From positions 21,762,001-21,826,000 of the forward strand of contig NC_043000.1 in NCBI RefSeq assembly GCF_006345805.1: a DNA stretch of 64,000 bases. Reading direction: 5' to 3'. The position numbers and the translations under genes were made by a program. Source of the stretch: Octopus sinensis (lineage: Eukaryota). The notes beneath the pieces were generated by a model, which worked only from the letters and a program-made list of their open reading frames with translations, did no database searches and was not told where the DNA came from. Shown here piece after piece: positions 11,677 to 23,432 of this stretch (position 1 is the stretch's first letter; the number at the start of each line of letters is the position of its first letter).

Positions 11677-11821
11677 CAGGGCCGGCCCTAAGGTTGCTGG
11701 TGCCCCAGGCAAGCTGACGGTCATGGAAATTTCCTTGTCTTTGTCATGCCCTCCTTGGTGCCCTCTAGCACATGGCACCCCAAGTGACTGCCTGAGTTGC
11801 CAGTACCTTGAGCCAGCCCTG
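11677..11821. mobile_element. hAT-like MITE
   Basis: TIR CAGGGCCGGCCCTAAGG / CCTTGAGCCAGCCCTG; TSD not convincing (4/8). Confidence 0.55.
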
Positions 11822-12900
11822 TCTGAATAGACATATACCTTTTTGGAATCAGGATGATCCCAGGATTGAAAATCTACCTTACGTTTGGTTCTTGAACATC
11901 TAGCATTGGGTTCTGATTTAAAAGCATTTGGGTTGATATTTCTAGCTGGTAAAGCTTGGCTGATTCATGTGATCTTTGTTGGCATTTCTCAGATGGCATC
12001 AGAGATCAAGGGTTAGATAAATGACATTTGCTTCATTAATTTTACATTTGAGATGAGAACTTTGGGACAAATTGGCCGACAGTTGGAATTCAACTTGAGA
12101 CTGGAACAATATAATGATTGCATTACAGAATTAATTCTTGTCAGACCTTAACTGCTGGTTAAACACCACCAGGAGCATGTAGTCATTATAGATGTATTAT
12201 AGTCATGCTATTTAGCTCTCTTAGCTCAAAAGTCTGCACTTAGTGCAGCTTTTAGGCTAATTGAGCATAAGTTTGAAAGCTGAGTCAACAGAGTGGAATT
12301 ACAACTTGATGAAATCTCCAAGCAGTTTTAATGCACAAGTTTCCAAGAGAAGGCCTGGCAAATTCATGCAGAAATGTGTACTGAGTAAAAGCCAGACAGC
12401 AAATGGCACTCTCTTGCTGATACTCCCAGCTTGTTGCCAACTGTTGTTGCCAGCTTGAATGTTCTTTTCTCAAGACACCTTTCATCTTCCAAGACATTTT
12501 GGGTTTGAAAAATTGTTCCTTTACTAATTTCTTCATTGTAAGTGTTTGATGGGCTTCTTTCAGTTTCTGTCTTCCAAATCTGCTCACAAGGCTTTGGCTG
12601 GCCTGAAGCTTCAGTAAGGAGACACTTGCCCAAGGTTCTGCACTATGGGACTAAACCTGAGACCACATGATTAAGAAACAAGCTTCTTAACCACACAGCC
12701 ACATCTGTGCCCATCTTATACTTGATAACTTTCTTGATGCAACCTATTTCATTATTTCTTCCTCAGTTTGCGTTTTATTCTTTTAGGGTCAATAAAATAC
12801 ATACCATTTAAGTACTGGGGGGGAGGACAAAGTAATCGACTTGCCCCCCCCCCCTAAAAACTGCTGGTTCTGTGCCAAAATTTGAAACCTTATTATTATT

Positions 12901-13236
12901 CAGTAGTTTTATTTTTATAGCGTGCTTTCACTTCACTACTGAGCACAGCTCTGTGTACCTTGGGTATGTGCTGTGGTTTGCTGTGATGCTCTAATGGTTA
13001 CTGTATTGAAAGTGTTTTGCGTAGGATGTGTGCAGTGCCCAGTAGTGCAATTTTCTTTTTTTTTTTCTGTATGTTATATATATTTGTAAGTCCTGGTGTT
13101 TTTGTTATGTATATGTCAGAATATTTTTTATCATACCTAATATGCCTACTATGATAGGAATTGTTTCTGTTTTTAGATTCCACATTTGAGTTACCTCTAT
13201 TTCCAGGTCTTTGTATTTTGAAAGTTTCTCCATTTC

Positions 13237-13239
<3 letters not shown>
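12901..13239 (-). mobile_element. 5'-truncated R4/Dong-like non-LTR element (3' end)
   Basis: EKLSKYKDLEIEVTQMWNLKTETIPIIVGILGMI...ALLGTAHILRKTL is the REL-type C-terminus; (TAA)n tracts lie on both sides. Confidence 0.8.
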
Positions 13240-13295
<56 letters not shown>

Positions 13296-14339
13296 CATTA
13301 TTATTATTAAGGTGGGGAGTTGGCAGAATTATTAGCATGCTGAACAGAATACTTAACAGTATTTCGTCTGTCTTTACATTCTGAGCTCAAATTCTACTAA
13401 TGTCTTCTTTGCCTTACATCCTGTCAGCTTTAAACCTCTAAAATCATCTTCTATCCCTACAAAGGAGCGTCTACATAGTCACTTGACCTGCTAGAAATAG
13501 CAGCCAAATCCCACTCAACTGCAGCCATTTTAGCACCTCTTATTGCGGACTTGATACTGACTTATTTGACAACTGACATTTTAATGCTTCCCTCCTTCTC
13601 TCTCTCTCTCTGTTTATGTATGTGTGTGTGGACCTATTTCTTTCTGTGTCTGAGGGGATGGGAAAGTGTTTATGTCAACTGTGTTCATTTAATAAATTGC
13701 AGTGTCTCTCACTTTCTCTCCCATCTCTCTCTCCCCTTTTCTTTCCTACCCCTCTCTATCTTTCTCTCTTTCCCTTTCTTTCTCATCTCTCTCCCATCTC
13801 CCTCTTTCTCTCCCCCACCCCCTCTCTATCTGTGTGAGTGTATGTTTGTCTCCCTCCAGTGCCAAAAAGGACTGTCACTAAAATAGGATGAATGTCCAGT
13901 CCAGCCAGGTCAAATAGTCAAGTGTCCAAAAAGCTGCACCTAATCATTTCATTCCAGTCTCAGATAACCCCTAAAAAGACAGACAGTCCCCACTGGAATG
14001 CATTTGATCATACATCTGCTCAACCAGGATGGACTTAGATCTAAACAACAACTCCCTGACCTCCAGTGGTTGTTTTACTGCCCCCTCATCTGGCATTGTC
14101 GACCTGTGTTTCAGCTTACTTCTCACTGGAATTATCATTCTCAGTGACTTCCTTCAATTACACATCTCCTTTTGGTTCTCTCACACTGACACTGATTGTG
14201 TAGAAATCAAATCTTTTTTGTTACCCTTATCTGTTTACATCAGTTAGTATCCTTATGTGATCAACTCACCAATTCTACAAATACTTTTCACCTATTTCTC
14301 ATCTCAGTGATGATGATGATGATGATGACTTTTCAGGAT

Positions 14340-14700
14340 TCTCAGTATGGGTTGTTGTATTCATCCTTTCAATTGCTGAATACAAAATGTGGCTCGTGCC
14401 CTCCATCGTCAACCAGGAGAATTCATCTACGAAACAATTGCTCCAGCTCCCCTTCAGGGTTGGTGAAAGTGATGTGGTGGACAACGAAAAACCTGGCTGA
14501 TGACAGTCAAGGCTGATCTGGAACCCAACCTAGGCTCCCATATCTACAGTGTTCGCCGCTGGAATAGGGAGTAGTTGGAGATCACGCGGTCGTTAGCCTC
14601 AAATCGCCAGGTCTGGTCGGCGTTTGTGAGAGATGCAGCATTAAGAATGAATGAAACCAGCTCAACCCACCCTGGGTGAATGCTGTCTCAAGATCAAGAT
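14340..14700 (+). pseudogene. RTE ORF2 3' remnant
   Basis: GQRKTWLMTVKADL...LASNRQVWSAFVRDA (my translation). Confidence 0.6.
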
Positions 14701-15477
14701 CATGAAATTTCCTTTCAGGTGATTTTTCCTGAGTCACCATTTCACCCTTGCTGGGTTACTCATTTGGCACTACACTCTCAGAGTGGATGGCATTAGGAAG
14801 GGCATCCAGCTGTAGAAACCTTGTCAAATCAGACTGGAGCCTGGTGCAACCACCCGGCTTGCCAGTTCTTGGTCAAATTGTCCAACACATGCCAGCATGG
14901 AAAAAAAACATTAAACGATGACAACGGCAATGATGATGGACTGGAGCAATATGAAATGAAGTGTTTTGCTCATGAATGCAACATACAGCCAGTCCAGGAA
15001 TTGAAACCATGATCTCTCAATTGTGAGTGCACCACACTAATCACTAGGCCATGCATCTTCATCTCTGAACCCAAGTATTACTTGCCATTGTAGCCTCTCC
15101 GCCCTATCATGATTTATCTTATATCATTGTCTTACACAATAAACGTTTTGGTATTTTAACTAAAGCACTGGAACTAAACCATTTCTATACTGACTACTCT
15201 TGTCAGCTGATGTTCTTCTATAACCAGACAAAATGCGTAGTGACATTTCTTCTGACATTTCGGTCTGAGTGCAAATACTGTAAAGGTTGGCATTGCCTTT
15301 CATCTTTTTGCGGGGGTCAATGAACGTTGTAATCAATGCAACCAACTTAGCCCCTTCCGCCAACATTTGGAACCGTTTCTCTGTTTTTGTTTTTTTTCCA
15401 TTCCCAACATTGTATAATGTGGCTGTGATGAGTTATGTACCAGCTTCAATTAAAATGTAATTTCTTGCCTTCATTAA

Positions 15478-16046
15478 CCCTTTGAACCCTGACCTCCTGA
15501 ACCTTATTTGACCATGTACTTATTTCTTTACTGCCCACAAGCGGCTACATACAGAGGGGACAAACAAGGACAGACAAACAGATAAAGTCGATTATATCGA
15601 CCCCAGTGTGTAACTGGTACTTATTTAATCAACCCCAAAAGGATGAATGGCAAAGTTGACCTCAAGGGAATTTGAACTCAGAATGCAGCAGCAGACGAAA
15701 TACCTATTTCTTTACTACCCACAAGGGGCTAAACACAGAGGGGACAAACAAGGACAGACAAAGGGATTAAGTCGATTACATCGACCCCAGTGCATAACTG
15801 GTACTTAATTTATCGACCCCGAAAGGATGAAAGGCAAAGTTGACCTCAGCGGAATTTGAACTCAGAATGTAACGGCAGACGAAATACGGCTACGCATTTC
15901 ACCCGGCGTGCTAACATTTCTGCCAGCTCGCCTCCTTGTTTGACCATATACCTGGCACTCTACCAGTCCTCCACCGGTAGAGTGGTACTATGGTATAGAG
16001 AAAAATAAGCCATCCACCGGTAAACTGGTATTAGGGGTTCAAAGGG
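15478..16046. mobile_element. piggyBac-like MITE interrupted by a SINE A dimer
   Basis: TTAA|CCCTTTGAACCC...GGGTTCAAAGGG|TTAA, with a perfect 12-bp TIR and TTAA TSD. Confidence 0.85.
15521..15933 (-). mobile_element. Family A SINE dimer
   Basis: Flanked by the direct repeat TTTGACCAT (15507-15515, 15939-15947); junction GAAATACC|TATTTC at 15704/15705. Confidence 0.9.
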
Positions 16047-16139
16047 TTAAGGATCTATATTTCTATGAAACCTATTGTTTGAGTTTTAAGGTTCAATTTT
16101 TGATATTTTTAGTATTATTTTTTGATTTTATTTTATGTC

Positions 16140-16575
16140 TTACTTGTTTCAGTCAATAGTCTGTGGCCATGCTGGAGCACTGCCTTGAATTTTTGATCAA
16201 ATGAATTGACCCTAATACTTATTTTTTAAGCCTATTATTTATTCTATTGGTCTCTTTTACCAAACTGCTAAGTTACAGGGATGCAAACACCCCAACAACA
16301 GTTGTCAAGTGGTGGGGTGGGGAAAAACACAGGCAGAAGGTGGGGGTGGAGAGACAAACACAGACAGAAGGCAGTGGGGCAACAAACAGAGACATTGATA
16401 TACATACACATATATGATGGGCTTCTTTCAATTTCCATCTACCAAATCTACTCACAAGGTTTTTGGTCAGCTTGAGGCTATGGTACAAAACACTTGGCCA
16501 AGGTGCCACACAGTGGGACTGAACCCAGAACCATGTGGCTGGGAAGCAAGCTTCTTAACATACAGCTACACCTGT
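16140..16575 (-). mobile_element. SINE family B
   Basis: Similar to other family B copies. Confidence 0.8.
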
Positions 16576-16940
16576 TGCATAATTCTTTTTTTTTTTTTTT
16601 TGCAGGTGATTCTATTCCTGTTTTAAGCTTATATACTACATTCAGTCACATCAATATATTGCTTATTTAATCTTCTCAGATTGGGAATGATTTGGAAAGT
16701 TTTTTTCTTTTTTTTTTCCTTGTAAACCACTCCTACAAGAGCCAGACTTCGATTATATTCTATTACTATATTTATATTCTATTCCATTGAGCTATTTATG
16801 ATTAATTACCAATATATTATCTACTTAGTATGTTTAAGTGGTTGGTAAGTGTGTTTGCTTAATGAATAGAATAATAAAAATTGACTTATAAGTATTGTTG
16901 CTTCTCTTAATCTCTTTATATATTTACAATTTAATTTTCT

Positions 16941-16971
16941 TTATCTTTTCTTTTCTTTTTTTTCATTTCAG
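16941..16971 (+). other. 3' splice acceptor of the GT61 coding exon
   Basis: Long polypyrimidine tract ending TTTCATTTCAG|TGATCC, 22 nt upstream of the first in-frame ATG. Confidence 0.7.
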
Positions 16972-16993
16972 TGATCCAAGTGAGAGAATTCTA

Positions 16994-18406
16994 ATGAAAT
17001 TGTTCCACAAATATTCTCAGGTGTTATGTTTTGGCATTGCTGCAAAACACTTTGGACGCAAACATCATAACCTTGCAGGTGTTCTGTTTCTTTTCTTCGT
17101 ACTATGGCTTCTGTTACAGGTAAATGTGACATCAATTGTAGATTTTGCAAGGAAATCTCAATATTCTGGACAAAACAAAGGTTTTGGTTATGATGGCAAT
17201 GGAGATGCTATCTTGTCTCTGCTAAAACAAAATGTATCTGCATGTGACGGCTCTTTTGTTGGCTATGGAAATGAGTTAGCATTTTTCAAAAATATTGTTT
17301 TGAACCCTTTTAAAAATGCTGAATTTGTTCAGGAAACCGCTGACAAACAGTGGACAGCACCAAAAAAAATAGTTTTTTCTGATGGCTATTTCTCTGTAAA
17401 ATGTAAAAAAAAGCCATCATATGAATTTAGAGGAAATAACCATCTCAACAAATGGTTTTCTGTTACTCGTTTTCAGCCAGACATTAGTAAAACTGCAAAG
17501 ATAGAACCACGTCTTACAATAGCTGTTGAACGTTATGAATATGCAAATCTTTTTCATTCCATGACTGATTTTTACAATGCCTTTTTAATGATGAAGATTT
17601 TCAATAGTACACCTGCTGAAACAAATATTTTACTTCTTGATTACCATCCTAAAGGTCTACTTTATAGCATATGGGACCAGTTGTTTAACAATGTTATCTT
17701 CGCTAAAGACATCAAGGAACCTACTACATATAACAATCTAGTTTGGAGTATTATGGGCTACAACAGTCCTCTTTATCCTTGTGGAAAAACACCAATATTA
17801 TCTCAAATAGCCTTTAGTATACTGAATGACTGGACACCCTTATGGATGTACACAAATTCATTAATCTCATATTTGTCTCATTTTAAAAAATTCTTTCTTG
17901 GACAGTACCATATTCGAGACTATAAGAATCTGAACTGTCAAAACCTTTCGGTTTTATTTATATGGCGCCGGGACTATATTTCACATATATATAATCCTTC
18001 AGGGCTCATTACTAGAAAAATAAAAAATGAAAATGAACTATCAGTAAAGATTCAGAATCTTCTCAAAGGACATCTTGTAAGAGGGGTACAGCTTGATAAA
18101 CTCCCTGTTAAGGAGCAACTTTCTTTAATTTCCACAACTGATATTTTGATTGGCATGCACGGTGCTGCTTTATCTTTTAGCCTTTTTTTGCCAGACCATG
18201 CTGCTCTTTTGGAACTCTATCCCCGCTACTGGCCAACAACCAATCTTCATTTCCGCAGCATGGCACATTGGCGGAACCTTACATATCTTAGTTGGCAAAA
18301 TGTTGATTACCTGTATGAAAAAAAATATTATTACACTTATATTCCACCTGTTGTTCTTGGCAAAATGGTCAAAGAAGCCCAAAATAAACTATGTCCTCAT
18401 TTATAA
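16994..18406 (+). CDS. Glycosyltransferase family 61 (EOGT/DUF563-like) type II membrane protein, 470 aa, single coding exon
   Basis: Only long non-repeat ORF. N-terminal TM helix LAGVLFLFFVLWLLLQV; family-type motifs RYEYANLFHSMTDFYN, LFIWRRDY, TDILIGMHGAAL and LLELYP. Start set at ATG 16994 because the upstream 33 codons are intron-like. Confidence 0.88.
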   Translation: MKLFHKYSQVLCFGIAAKHFGRKHHNLAGVLFLFFVLWLLLQVNVTSIVDFARKSQYSGQNKGFGYDGNGDAILSLLKQNVSACDGSFVGYGNELAFFKNIVLNPFKNAEFVQETADKQWTAPKKIVFSDGYFSVKCKKKPSYEFRGNNHLNKWFSVTRFQPDISKTAKIEPRLTIAVERYEYANLFHSMTDFYNAFLMMKIFNSTPAETNILLLDYHPKGLLYSIWDQLFNNVIFAKDIKEPTTYNNLVWSIMGYNSPLYPCGKTPILSQIAFSILNDWTPLWMYTNSLISYLSHFKKFFLGQYHIRDYKNLNCQNLSVLFIWRRDYISHIYNPSGLITRKIKNENELSVKIQNLLKGHLVRGVQLDKLPVKEQLSLISTTDILIGMHGAALSFSLFLPDHAALLELYPRYWPTTNLHFRSMAHWRNLTYLSWQNVDYLYEKKYYYTYIPPVVLGKMVKEAQNKLCPHL

Positions 18407-19092
18407 CAGTCATTTGACATCATCTAAATAGTTTGTACAATGAAAGATCTCAAATTCAGAATGATGCACAAGACTTATCATCAGTGTTTAACGTTCGCCT
18501 CCCATGCTAGCATGGGTGGGACAGTTTCACAAGAGCCAGCCAGGCCAAAGCCTGCACCAGACTTCTGTGACTGTTTTGGCAGGATTTTTACAGCTGGATG
18601 CCCTTTTTAATACCAACCACTCAGCAGAGTGGACTTAGTGCTTTTTATGTGGCATTGAGTCATGAACTTGCCAACAATTAATTAATTCTTTTTTTTTTCC
18701 AAACATATCAAAATATGTATTCAATTATGTTTTTACCATTATATTTCATTGTATGAGTATGAGTGTGTGTATGTGTGTGTGTGTGTGTGTGCATGCATAT
18801 GTGTGCGAGCAATAAGCTCTTAAGAAACTAGTATGATAATCTAGTTTCAATCTGCGCTCAGAATCATTTCAATTTACTTCAACAGGAATCACACTGCTGG
18901 AAAAAAATACCTGTGTTTTCAATCATATACTTTTATGTTCCATGTTCAAATCCCACTGAGTCAAGTTTGCCTTTTATTCTTCAGGGATCAATAACATAAG
19001 TAAAAGGCAAGTGCAGGAATTATCCCACTCCAATGTATACTACCTCTCCCCTACAAAAATATGTAGCCTTCTGCTGCAGTTAGATATTATTA

Positions 19093-19169
<77 letters not shown>

Positions 19170-19172
<3 letters not shown>

Positions 19173-19247
19173 TAGTTTTATTTTTATAGTGTGCTTTCAC
19201 TTCACTACCAAGCACAGCTCTGTGTCTTGGGTATGTGCTGTGATTTG
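19170..19247 (-). mobile_element. Extreme 3' end of the R4/Dong-like element inside an ATT tract
   Basis: Nearly identical to 12901-12980. Confidence 0.8.
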
Positions 19248-20186
19248 TTATCATTATTATTGTTGTTGTTGTTGTTATTATTATTATTATTTATTAGTCA
19301 ATTTGACTCAGGTTTGTTTGTATTCTTTGTAGAATTTACGACTTGTGAACTTAAATATCCACAAGCATTCAATAATCTTTCAAGTGCTCAAAACCCTTCT
19401 GACGATCTTTCCTACCCCTAAGAAGTAAACTTTCTGCAGAAGCTCTTCAGGACATTCTATTCCAATCTCTTTCAACCAGTTCTCTATATCTTTACTCACA
19501 ATCCTTAGTGTTCCACTTATAACAGGCACAACCTTTTCAATTTTCCTATTCTAATTATTATTATTAGCTGTGTAGTGTTATTATTATTATTATTAAGGCA
19601 TTGTTAATATGCCAGACAGAACTGTTAGCATGCCAAGCAAAATGCTTAACAGCATTTTGTTTGTCTTTATGTTCTGAGTTCAAATTCTGCTAAGGTCAAT
19701 TTTACTTTTCATCCTTCTAGGGTCGATAAAATAAGTACCAGTTGATCACTGGGGTCGATCTAATCAACTTATCCCCTGCCCCAAACTTGCTGGCCAAAAT
19801 CTGAAATCATTATGTGGCTGTGTGGTTTGAAGTTTACTTCCCAACCATATGGTTCTGGGTTCAGTCCCACTGTGTGGTACCTTGGGCAAGTGTCTTCTTC
19901 TATAGCCTCAGGCCAACCAAAGCCTTGTAAGTGGATTTTGGTAGACAGAAATGGAAAGAAGCTTGTCGTGTATATATATATATATACATGTTTGAAAATA
20001 TAACCATGAAACATGTGTAGTCTATTTACTAATTATGTACTATATATTTATTATTTTGTACTTTATTTAGTTCTAAGTAAATGTTTTATCATATCTTTAA
20101 TTTTTTTCTATATGGTATGATTTAAGTATATCATTGTTGAATTGCTACATGGTGGTTCTTCTCTAATTTATATACATGTATTATAT

Positions 20187-20225
<39 letters not shown>

Positions 20226-20451
20226 TGTGTGTCTGTGTTTGTCCCCCACTCCATCACTTGACAACCGGTGTTTGTGTGTTGACATCCCCCGTAATTTCAT
20301 GGTTCAGCAAAAGAGACTGATAGAATAAGTACCAGGCTTACAAAGAATAAGACCCGGGCCGACTTGTTCGACTAAAGGCAGTACTCTGGCATGGTCGCAG
20401 TCATATGACTGAAACAAGTAAAAGAATAAAAGAATTATTATTATTATTATT

Positions 20452-20803
20452 CCTTGCTATGGAAAGATCTCTGCTAGAAGTATTGTCTGAGGGCACATTC
20501 AAAATGAGATAATTCTAGAGCACAGTAGAATAAACAATGGGATCATAGAATACCAAAAGCAGAAATTCGCCTGGGCCAGACATGTCACAAGGTTCACAGT
20601 CAGCAGGTGGACCCATGCAGTTGCCGAATTGCCACCAAGAGACTGGAAAAAGTCACTTGGAAGGCCTCCATGATGACAGGAAGATGATTTGGTCAGGCAA
20701 TTAGGACCATGATGGAAAAGAATGGTGCAATCAAGACAGGATTGGAAGTGCATTGTGACCAGCGGTGTATAACAACATCTGATGGTCTGGTCAATACTGT
20801 GAT
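20452..20803 (+). pseudogene. RTE LINE 3' end
   Basis: AMERSLL...KFAWARHVTRF...RWTHAV...GRPP...RQDWKCIV, the RTE-1-type C-terminus. Confidence 0.75.
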
Positions 20804-20984
20804 TATTCCTTAGAGCATTGGACAGAATACCTAGTAAGTCTTCTAGTTCATGACATTCTGAGTTCAAATGTTACTGAGGTTAATTTTGCCTTTTATTCTT
20901 TCAGGGTCAATAAAATATAATCAATTAATTCCCTCCCCACAAAATTGCTGGCTTTGTGCCAATAGTAGAAAGACAAGCTGCAAG

Positions 20985-21185
20985 CTGGCAGAATTGTTAG
21001 CATGCCAGACAAAATGTTTGGTAGCTGAATTGAAATTTCACCAAGGTTGACTTTGCCTTTCATCCTTTCAAGGTCGATGAAATATGAAATAAGTACCAGT
21101 TGACTACTGGGGTTGATGTAATCGACTAGCCACCCTCCCACAAATTCCAAGCCTTGTGCCTATAGAAGAAAGGAATCATTATTAC

Positions 21186-21233
<48 letters not shown>

Positions 21234-21860
21234 TATTATTAGGCAGTGAGTTGGCAGAATCATTAGCACACTGAATGAAATGCTTAGCAGTATTTCACCT
21301 GTTGCTATGTTCTGAGTTCAAATTCCACCAAGGTCAATTTTGCCTTTCATCCTTTCGAGGTCGATGAAAAATTAAGTACCAGTTACGCACTGGGGTCAAT
21401 ATAATTGACTTAATCCGTTTGTCTGTCCTTGTTTGTTCTCTCTGTGTTTAGCCCCTTGTGGGTAGTAAAGAAATAGGTATTTCTCTGTCTTCATGTTCTG
21501 AGTTCAAATGCCGCCGGGGCCAACTTTGCCTTTCATCCTTGCAGGGGTCAATAAATTAGGTACCAGTTATGCACTGGAGTCGATGTAATCGACTCATCCC
21601 CTTTCCCCAAATTTTGGGCCTTGTGCCTAGAGTAGAAAGGATTAAAGCGGCGAGCTGGCAGAAATGTTAGCACGCGGGGCGAAATGCTTAGCCGTATTTC
21701 ATCCCTCTTTATGTTCTGAGTTCATATTCCATAACAGTTGACTTTGCCTTTCATTCTTTTGGGGTTGATAAATTAAGTACCAGTTGCCTACTGGAATCAA
21801 TCTAATTGACTGGCTCTCTCCCCAAAAATTTTGGGCCATTTGCCTAGAGTAGAAAAAACG
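20985..21860 (+). mobile_element. Chain of co-oriented family A SINEs
   Basis: Four consecutive bodies with two tail types; junction GAAATA|GGTATTTC at 21475/21476. Confidence 0.8.
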
Positions 21861-22034
21861 TTTGATGAGTACCAGAATCACTTGAATGTCAGACACCTTG
21901 CCATGCAATATTTCATCACATCCTTCTACATGATAAGTTCAAATCCTGCCATTTAATCTTTAATCCATCCAGGGCCAATAGGCCAATAGAATAATCTTCT
22001 ACTTAACTAATTCCTTACCTAATTTTTATAGGTG

Positions 22035-22405
22035 CGGACATGTCTGTGTGGTAAGAAGTTTGCTTCCCAACCACATAGTTTCAGGTTCAATCCTACTGCA
22101 TGGCACCTTGGGTAGATATCTCCTATCTTGGGTTCAGGGTGACCAAAGCCTTGGGGGCGGATTTGGTAGATAGGAACTGAAAGAAACCCATCATGTGTGT
22201 GTGTGTGTATATGTCCTTGTATCATTCCTCCTCCCCTGCCAACTACTCAACAACTGGTATTGGTGTGTTTATGTTCTCATAACTTAACAGTTCAGCAAAA
22301 GAGACAAATAAAATAAGTATTGGGGTAGATTCATTCAGCTAAAAATTCTTTAAAGCAGTATCCCAACATGGCCGCAGTCTAATGACTAAACAAATAGAAG
22401 ATATA
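22035..22405 (+). mobile_element. Diverged SINE family B
   Basis: Recognisable head, core and tail. Confidence 0.75.
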
Positions 22406-23432
22406 AGATTAAACACTGAGATAAATTCAATTGATCCTTCCCTTACCTTCCATAATTTTGACCCTATTTTTTATCTTCCATTGACTCATTCACGTCAATC
22501 ATTTTGTGAGCTATCGGCTCCCTACTTTCCTTACTTGCTTTTCTTTGTTTTTCAAGTGGTGACTTTCCCTTTCATTCTTTCAGAGCCAATAAAATACAAA
22601 CCAGTCAAGTACTGGAGCTGAGACAATCAACTACATCATCCTCCAGAATGTATGAACTGTGCCTAGATTTAGAGATTATTATGGCTCTTTACTTCTTGAG
22701 TTCAAATCCCACTTGGGTGAACCTTGCCGTTTATTCTTTAAAGTTTGATGAAATAAGATACTTGTGAGGCTGACTACATCTTCATTCTGTCCAAATATAG
22801 TTTGGGCCTTGTACCAACGTAAAAAAACATTGTTGTTTGATGAAAACTGACGACTTTTTTTGCTGGATGTGATGGAAAGTGTTGACTGTCCACAACCAGT
22901 AGACTAAGGTGACATTTGTTTACTGCTCATGCTTCAAAAACTCTGTGGAGGACTCTTGCAGTTTCAAGCAATGGTGATTTTTGTAGGTGTTCTGTCTTCA
23001 TATTTGTACCAAACTTTTTCAGTCATGTTGGCAGCTGAGTGTTGATACTTCCAACTGAGGTCGACTTTGCCATTCATCCTTTCAGGGTCGATAAATTAAG
23101 TACCAGTGAAACACTGGGATCAATGTAATCGCCTCGTCCCCTCCCATGAAATTCGAGGCCTTGTTCCTCCAGTAGAAAGGATTATTATTATTATTTCTAC
23201 TACTACTGCTACTACTACTACTACTACTGAATTATCTGAGTGTGAGAATACTGAACTGGTATAATTTCTTTTTAAGAGCATGCTATGCCCAACTGCCTCA
23301 AGTCTCAAACACTCTTCTTACAATCCTTACTGAAATGCCTCCTTTCACGGCAGCTCCATGTACTACTATGTTTGAGTTATAACTTATCTAACCATGCTTT
23401 GAGATTAGTAGTTACCATTCCAAGTGTGCCTG

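Noticed and set aside
11822-12500. Protein-like reading frame in unique sequence
   Set aside because: About 11 stops in ~230 codons, as expected by chance, and no recognisable motif.
16895-16993. 33-aa N-terminal extension of the 503-aa ORF
   Set aside because: TTG start and an F/L/I-rich translation of a polypyrimidine tract ending at a splice acceptor.
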